Shown: in pieces, positions 54,890 to 60,381 of the stretch
How positions within the stretch are numbered: the stretch's first letter is position 1
Layout of the letters: every line of letters begins with the position of its first letter
Source: a virus
Taxonomy: Duplodnaviria > Caudoviricetes
Strand: one strand, 5' to 3'
DNA: 60,381 nt
Virus record (IMG/VR): IMGVR_UViG_3300037235_000083
Span: 1 to 60,381 of that record
Program-made: the position numbers and the translations under genes
Notes under the pieces: model-generated
What the model saw: only the letters and a program-made list of their open reading frames with translations
Databases searched by the model: none
What the model was told of the DNA's origin: nothing

Positions 54890-57869
54890 GACCAATCCCC
54901 TTCAGTACGTCTTCGCGGCTCGCGGTCGGGATCTGCTCCCCGAAAATGTCGATGCCGCCTCGTTGAGATTCCTGGAAAGCGAAATCGGCCGCCGATCCCA
55001 AGCGTTCGCCGATCGCCTTACCGCTGCGAATGTTCTCCGCCATCATGCTGGCGATGGCGCCTTCGGCGCTGTTCGTGAGTAGATCGCCCTGTTTCAGGAA
55101 CTTCTTCACTGACACGCCGGAGCGCACCGCGTTGATGATTTGCTTGGCAGCACCGGTGACCAGTTCGCGGATGTCCAGTTCGCCCGCGTCTTTCAGCTTG
55201 GCCATCGAGCCGGCCGCGCGGCTCATGCCGGCGATCAGGGTTCTGGATTCCGGGTCGGTCGCCTGAGCCATCAGCCCGACCAGTTCCGAATCGCCGTAAG
55301 CAGCGTGGAAGGTCGCCGCGTGCATCCGGTCTATCGCCTGGCGGGTAGGGCGCCCGTTCGGCGCAAGCGACTGCTGTTCCGAGGCCGGCATCGTCTGTAT
55401 GAAACCGCGCACTGAGGCCTCGGACGGCTGCCCATCATCGTCGTAATCGATCTGGGACGCATCGAACCGATCCGCGTCGTTTCGGGCCTGCTCCACCGCC
55501 GACAGCGTCAAGGTCTGCGTCGTGTTCGACTCGTCTGCTATGCCCTCGGACACGTCGTCTGCATCCATGACCCGGACCAGTACCGGCGATTTCATCGCGC
55601 GGATCGTCTTGCCCGGGATCCCGTGCACCTTGGCGCCCGCGGCGATCGCCGCCTTGTAGGCATCCGCGGTGCCTTTCTTGTAGGCCTCGATGACGCCGGC
55701 CGTGCGGCCGTTATTGATCGCGACCATCTTGTCAGGGTCTTTGGCGTAGTCGGCGTTCTTCACGCCGTCAGCGCTGTTGGACGTGGATATCTGATCGGCT
55801 TCGACCACCGCGTAACGAACGCCCAGTTCGCGCTTTGGCGTCACGATGATGTCCCGGTGGCCGGTGGCCACGGCAATCCCGCGACCGTGAAGATCGGCCA
55901 CCACGGGCGCGCCGTCGGCCATCGTGGGCGCTGCCATCAGTAGGCGCGGGTTCGGGTTGGCCGCGATCTTGGACATCTGGTTGATGCTCGCCGCGCTCGA
56001 GCGGTTGCGGTTCTGCAAAGACTTCAGCAACCCCTCGAGCTTGGCCGAATGCTCAGGCTTGGGCGCCTCGCCCGCGCCTTCCTTGCCGGCTTTGCGCAGC
56101 ACCATCCCGTTCATGCTGCCGCCCGCGCCACCCTTGACCACCCCGCCTTCGGTGATCAGCACCGGCTGGCCACCGCCTTCTTTGCCGCCGTGTACGGTGA
56201 TCCACTTTTCATCGTGGGCCGGCACGGCGCCATTAGGGCGCGCGCCCGGCGGCCGTGCTCCATTGGGGGGCGGCACCGCGCCCGCGTTCGGATTCGGCGG
56301 CTGTTCGGGTCCAGGCTCGCCCTCCGGACCCAGGCCAGGCAGGCCCATCCCTTCCTCGCCAGGCGGTTCGGGCACCATGCTCACGTCCAGCCCGGAATAG
56401 GGCGAGTCTTCCTGCTGGGCCACCCGGTTGCGCGCCTCAGCCGGCGAAATGACGCCGGAATTGATCATCACTTCGTCGGTGTCGGCCTCCACCTTGCGGG
56501 TTTCGGCCAGGATCTTCATATCGTCGTCCGTCAACGGTTCGTACTTGAAACCGATTTCAGGATCGATTTCACCGAACTTCGCAAGCTGAACGATGTTCAG
56601 AATTCGCGTGATCGGCGGCGTATACAGCGATTGCTGCCAGCTCAGGACATTGCGCCCGAACGTCTTCAGTTCCGGCTCAGCCGTCGCATTCAGGCCCTTG
56701 GGCGTGATGCCGAACATGATGATGAGCGGGATGCCGGTCACCGCAGCCTGGTGTTCCTGTGACTGCGCCTGCAATGCATCCAGGGTACCCAGCGGAACAC
56801 TGATGTTGTCGAGTTCTTCAGTGTCCTTATTGAGCATGAACAGGCTGCGGTTATCGCGCGCGCGATTGAAAAGGTCCGCGCGATTGAACATCTGCGTGCC
56901 GGCGCCCGCATTCAGGATGTCCGTCAGATCCGTCTTAAGCGCCATCACGGAAAAATTGTGGATCAGGTCGGACACCGACTGCCGCGTTCGCAGCCAGTTG
57001 TCCACGTATGGCTTCATGATCTGCGTGAGCGACAGGCCCCCGAACCCGTACACCGGTTTGAGCATGTCCGGCACCGGCCGGCTGACCAGCGTCAGCATCC
57101 GGCTGGCGTGCACTTCCGTGCCCATCACATACCAGCTGGTCGCCTTGAAGAAGTCCGGTTTGAGCGGATTCTGGCTGTTGTAGCGATTCGGATACGTCCA
57201 CATCGCTTCGACCGGAACGAGTTGCTGAATACCTCTGCCGATCTTGGACCTCACATCCAGCAACGGCATCGCCAGTTCGTTTCGATCGCGCTCGCTATCA
57301 ACGCCGATCATGTCAAGGAACAGCTGCCCGCGTCCGAAAAACCCGTCATGCTCGGACATCGTGCAAAGCCGGTCCTGCACTTTCAGCCGCTTGAATTCGG
57401 CCTCGATCACGTCGATCTTGTCGTCTTTGTTTTGTTCTCCCGTGGCGGTGAACTTGATCCATTTCATCGTCATCGCCTTGGCGATGATTTCCGACGGACG
57501 GCGGTATTCGGCCCGCTGGGTCAGTTCGGCCAAGTACGGGTAACCGAAGAAGGTCATCCCCTCGCTAAAGCGGCTGTTCGTCATCCAGTCGAACGTGGAT
57601 GACATGTCCGAGTCCATCGCGAGCTTTACCTTGCTCGGAATCACACCGGGGTGAGGGTCAGCCGTTTCCCATTTCGTGCCGGCGGAAGTCGGCCCAGCCG
57701 CGGCCAAGGCCTCGTCGCTGATCCGCATCGGCGCGCGCCGAACCGGCGTGCCGAGGGGTGCCGCGCTGGCGACCGTTTCCAGTGCGGACGAGACTGGCGC
57801 AGGGCCTTTCGAGGGGGGAGAGAGGTGCCAGCCACGCGCCAGCGCGGCAACCTTCGCGAGCCAGTTCAT
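54876..57869 (-). CDS. portal protein (DUF1073-like) fused to a DdrB/ParB-like domain
   Basis: F.GYPYLAEL.QR.EYR, YVDNWLRTRQSVSDL, G.TP.GLNA; extension LQNRNRS..AS..Q...GAPVV..YAVVEA..NGRT..AY..PVLVR. Confidence 0.88.
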   Translation of the reverse strand: MNWLAKVAALARGWHLSPPSKGPAPVSSALETVASAAPLGTPVRRAPMRISDEALAAAGPTSAGTKWETADPHPGVIPSKVKLAMDSDMSSTFDWMTNSRFSEGMTFFGYPYLAELTQRAEYRRPSEIIAKAMTMKWIKFTATGEQNKDDKIDVIEAEFKRLKVQDRLCTMSEHDGFFGRGQLFLDMIGVDSERDRNELAMPLLDVRSKIGRGIQQLVPVEAMWTYPNRYNSQNPLKPDFFKATSWYVMGTEVHASRMLTLVSRPVPDMLKPVYGFGGLSLTQIMKPYVDNWLRTRQSVSDLIHNFSVMALKTDLTDILNAGAGTQMFNRADLFNRARDNRSLFMLNKDTEELDNISVPLGTLDALQAQSQEHQAAVTGIPLIIMFGITPKGLNATAEPELKTFGRNVLSWQQSLYTPPITRILNIVQLAKFGEIDPEIGFKYEPLTDDDMKILAETRKVEADTDEVMINSGVISPAEARNRVAQQEDSPYSGLDVSMVPEPPGEEGMGLPGLGPEGEPGPEQPPNPNAGAVPPPNGARPPGARPNGAVPAHDEKWITVHGGKEGGGQPVLITEGGVVKGGAGGSMNGMVLRKAGKEGAGEAPKPEHSAKLEGLLKSLQNRNRSSAASINQMSKIAANPNPRLLMAAPTMADGAPVVADLHGRGIAVATGHRDIIVTPKRELGVRYAVVEADQISTSNSADGVKNADYAKDPDKMVAINNGRTAGVIEAYKKGTADAYKAAIAAGAKVHGIPGKTIRAMKSPVLVRVMDADDVSEGIADESNTTQTLTLSAVEQARNDADRFDASQIDYDDDGQPSEASVRGFIQTMPASEQQSLAPNGRPTRQAIDRMHAATFHAAYGDSELVGLMAQATDPESRTLIAGMSRAAGSMAKLKDAGELDIRELVTGAAKQIINAVRSGVSVKKFLKQGDLLTNSAEGAIASMMAENIRSGKAIGERLGSAADFAFQESQRGGIDIFGEQIPTASREDVLKGIGHAEP

Positions 57870-59321
57870 TTACGCGCCTGCGATCGCCGCGGCGGAAATG
57901 CGCATCGGATCCAGGCCAGGGGCGAAGATGCTGACGCACGCGTCCGCCAGATTCGGCGATGGCACTTCGCGCTTCAGCAGATCCTTCTTTGATTCCACCT
58001 TGACTCGTCCGTTTTGATCGAAGTCTCGCTTCGGCGTAGATAGTTCGGCGATCAGTTTTTGCAGGTTCGGGGTATCGGAAGCGAACGAAATGATTTCGTC
58101 TTCCTTGAACTTTTCGGCCTTGCGCACCGCGTTGTATGTGTTGCGGCAGCGATCGGCGACCAGCCACCAGGTCTGAGCCTTCAGGTTCGCGAACTGGTCT
58201 TTGTTCTGCGTGGTCGTTCTGGCGTATCTCGCATCCGGGTGCCAGACCCCGGCGCCCGCGTTGAACTTCGAGTACGTGATGAACTTCGCATAGTCCGGCT
58301 CGAGCGCTGGCGGGTGCAGATGATTGGCTAGGTTCAACTCGCCGAATTTCGCGCCCGCCATGGCGCCCACGCCGATCGAGTCGTACACGATATGGGCACC
58401 GCGGTTCGTAGCTTCGCGATACACGCGCGTGCAGGATTTGAGCAGTTCGTCTTCCCCGCCTTTCCACTGCTCGGACCATGAAACGAGCGGCCCATGCCCG
58501 AAGACCTGGGCGTTCAGATCCTTACCTTCGTCGGCGACGTCGAATCCGATCCGGCGCGCGCCCTTCGGTTCCACCTTCAACGCTAGGTGCGCGTCGACCG
58601 CGGCCATCAGCCAGGACCGCTTGATCACGGACGATTCTTCGTCCGTCTTCGGCACACCCAGGTAAATGTGCTGGTATTCCTCGAAATCGCGCGCTTTCAG
58701 TTCCAGGATCGTTTCCAGGAAGTCCGGCGCCAGGAACGGGTTTTCCTCGTAATTGATCAGGCGAACGAGCGTTCGGGGAGGCGGGTTCAGTACGAAATGC
58801 TCGTAGACGAAATCGGTCGCCAGGTACGGATTGAAGATGATCCAGAGCTGGGCGCCGCGCTTGCGCGCGGTGGCCTCGATAACGAGCCACTGTTCCTCGG
58901 TCAGCGCCTCGGCTTCCTCGATCAGGAAAACGTCGATCCCCTCAAGGCCCTTGATTTCCCGAATCTGGCGCCAGATGCCGTAGAAAAGGAATTCAGACTT
59001 GGTCGCCTTGTTGACGATCTTGGCTTCATGCGCCACGAACCGGCGGCCCAAGCCGAATCGGTCGATGGTGTCGACCAGCACCGGCTGCACGGACTCTGAG
59101 AGCTTGTTCTGGAATTGGCGGCAGCAGCACACCCGCAGGCGCGCGTTGTCGGCCATGTAGATCAGCCGGCCGCACGCATCCCACGTCTTGCTCGAGGCCC
59201 GCCCGCCGTACAGGACCCGGTTCCGGTACTGCTTGCCGCTAGCCGGGTCGATGTTCGCGTCCCAGAACGGGCGCAAGCACGGATTCAGGCGCGGGCGCCC
59301 CGCGTACGCACCGTCAGGCAC
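57870..59321 (-). CDS. terL: terminase large subunit (PBSX-type)
   Basis: GGRASSKT, RQFQNK..ESV, IEEAE, IFNP, GFDVADEG.D, SPNLADA. Confidence 0.93.
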   Translation of the reverse strand: MPDGAYAGRPRLNPCLRPFWDANIDPASGKQYRNRVLYGGRASSKTWDACGRLIYMADNARLRVCCCRQFQNKLSESVQPVLVDTIDRFGLGRRFVAHEAKIVNKATKSEFLFYGIWRQIREIKGLEGIDVFLIEEAEALTEEQWLVIEATARKRGAQLWIIFNPYLATDFVYEHFVLNPPPRTLVRLINYEENPFLAPDFLETILELKARDFEEYQHIYLGVPKTDEESSVIKRSWLMAAVDAHLALKVEPKGARRIGFDVADEGKDLNAQVFGHGPLVSWSEQWKGGEDELLKSCTRVYREATNRGAHIVYDSIGVGAMAGAKFGELNLANHLHPPALEPDYAKFITYSKFNAGAGVWHPDARYARTTTQNKDQFANLKAQTWWLVADRCRNTYNAVRKAEKFKEDEIISFASDTPNLQKLIAELSTPKRDFDQNGRVKVESKKDLLKREVPSPNLADACVSIFAPGLDPMRISAAAIAGA

Positions 59322-59323
59322 GC

Positions 59324-60019
59324 TTACGCCGACGCAGGCGCGTCCGGTTCCGGATAGAACAGGGACAGACCCGCCGGCACGGACCCGGCCGGCGCATCCT
59401 TCGACAGCCCGTAAACGTCGGCCTCGGCGAGCAGCAGGGCCCCGGCGCTGGACATCAGCTTGTTGAACATGGTGATCCGCGCCTCGAGCGTGACGGCGTT
59501 TTCGACATCGGAAATCTGGTTCAAGGTCCCGCGGCGGGCGTTCGGATCCTCGATCTTTTCTGCCAAGTCGCGCAGCTGGCCCAGCAGGGCGGTCGACGCG
59601 TTGGCATCCATGCCCTCCATTTCGGCGACGAGCTTGGTCGCGGCGCTGCGCAGGCGTTCGACCATGGCGCGCCGGCCGGTCTGGACTTGGGCGATGATCG
59701 CGGCTTCGGCGCTGACGACTTCGCGCTCGGTAGCCTTACTGACTTGGCTACCCGGCTTGGCTACTGACTGCTTGGCTACCAGCGCGGCGGCCTTGGCGTG
59801 GATGCGTCCCTGGAGGTCGCGATCCCATCCGTCACGCTTGGCGCGCTTCTGGATCGCGGCGTGGGTGATGCCGTGCTGACCGGCAATCTCGCGTAAGGTC
59901 TTGAAACCAGCGCGAAAATCGATTTCGACGCGCTCCCAGTCAATGGATTTACGGGCAGCGCCATTGCCGTCGAGAGCGCCGGCAAGCTGCGAGTTAGTGG
60001 GGTCGGACATCATGTTCAT
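59324..60019 (-). CDS. terS: terminase small subunit
   Basis: DWE.VE.DFRAG..TLREIA..HGITH.AI.KRAKRDGW.RDL; upstream of terL. Confidence 0.85.
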   Translation of the reverse strand: MNMMSDPTNSQLAGALDGNGAARKSIDWERVEIDFRAGFKTLREIAGQHGITHAAIQKRAKRDGWDRDLQGRIHAKAAALVAKQSVAKPGSQVSKATEREVVSAEAAIIAQVQTGRRAMVERLRSAATKLVAEMEGMDANASTALLGQLRDLAEKIEDPNARRGTLNQISDVENAVTLEARITMFNKLMSSAGALLLAEADVYGLSKDAPAGSVPAGLSLFYPEPDAPASA

Positions 60020-60234
60020 GGCGTCTGGGTGCTTCGCTCGTTGCTACTGCTGCGCGGCACCCTCAAGCGCCACGTATGCTGCGGGCTCATGTTCATGCCA
60101 AGGTCGCGCATCTCTGCTGTGCTGCGGCAGCGCTTTGGAGCATTGCGTGGCGCGCGCCGAACCCCGGTAGCGTGCAGTTCGAAGGCCTCGCCAGACGCAA
60201 AGGACTGGCCGCAGCCAACGCAGCGCAGCGGCAT
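60016..60234 (-). CDS. small Zn-binding phage protein
   Basis: C.GCG..F.S..AF..H.....RC....M...G. Confidence 0.65.
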   Translation of the reverse strand: MPLRCVGCGQSFASGEAFELHATGVRRAPRNAPKRCRSTAEMRDLGMNMSPQHTWRLRVPRSSSNERSTQTP

Positions 60235-60381
60235 AGGTCGGAAACAGGCTTTTTAGGGGACGGTGAACGTCCCGCAACCCGGCTGGCACCCGCCGGCCAG
60301 CGCCGACCGATCCCAGAAGAACACTGCATGGTGGTCACAACCTCGGCTTAGCCAAGTCCAGGCCGACGGCGAAGCCGCTGC

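Noticed and set aside
1-60381. CRISPR array, DGR template/variable repeats, retron or other reverse transcriptase, IS element
   Set aside because: I saw no regularly spaced DNA repeats, RT motifs or transposase; the LamG copies are diverged protein-level repeats
60235-60381. Circular join or terminal repeat with position 1
   Set aside because: No terminal redundancy visible; both ends look like truncated minus-strand genes, so completeness cannot be claimed

Overview
GC-rich dsDNA tailed-phage DNA (contractile-tail myovirus type), apparently cut inside genes at both ends. Layout: (1) 1-4723, leftward early arm of small genes ending in a ParA-family ATPase and its small partner, suggesting a plasmid-like prophage; (2) a divergent sigma70 promoter region at about 4760-4880; (3) 4912-23312, rightward arm with a C5 cytosine methyltransferase, HTH/RHH regulators, an RMF-like protein, a degenerate tRNA-Cys-like element, a SAM-dependent methyltransferase, YkgJ, DUF1367, Ref-like nuclease, putative recombinase plus YqaJ exonuclease, HerA-like ATPase and RusA-like resolvase; (4) 23284-60381, leftward late region with TerS, TerL, portal, MuF, prohead protease/scaffold, capsid, neck, sheath/tube, tape measure, baseplate, fibre and lysis genes. 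I recognised no integrase, polymerase, helicase or primase. The most striking signal is a candidate head-cargo system: the portal and prohead protease are polyproteins carrying enzyme domains (DdrB/ParB-like; NUDIX plus zeta-toxin-like kinase), delimited by a recurring A/G-x-D motif and short leader motifs, and two of these domains have a small acidic overlapping ORF that could be an antitoxin. The methyltransferase also appears to be encoded in two overlapping frames. All family names come from motif recognition by eye, not database searches.
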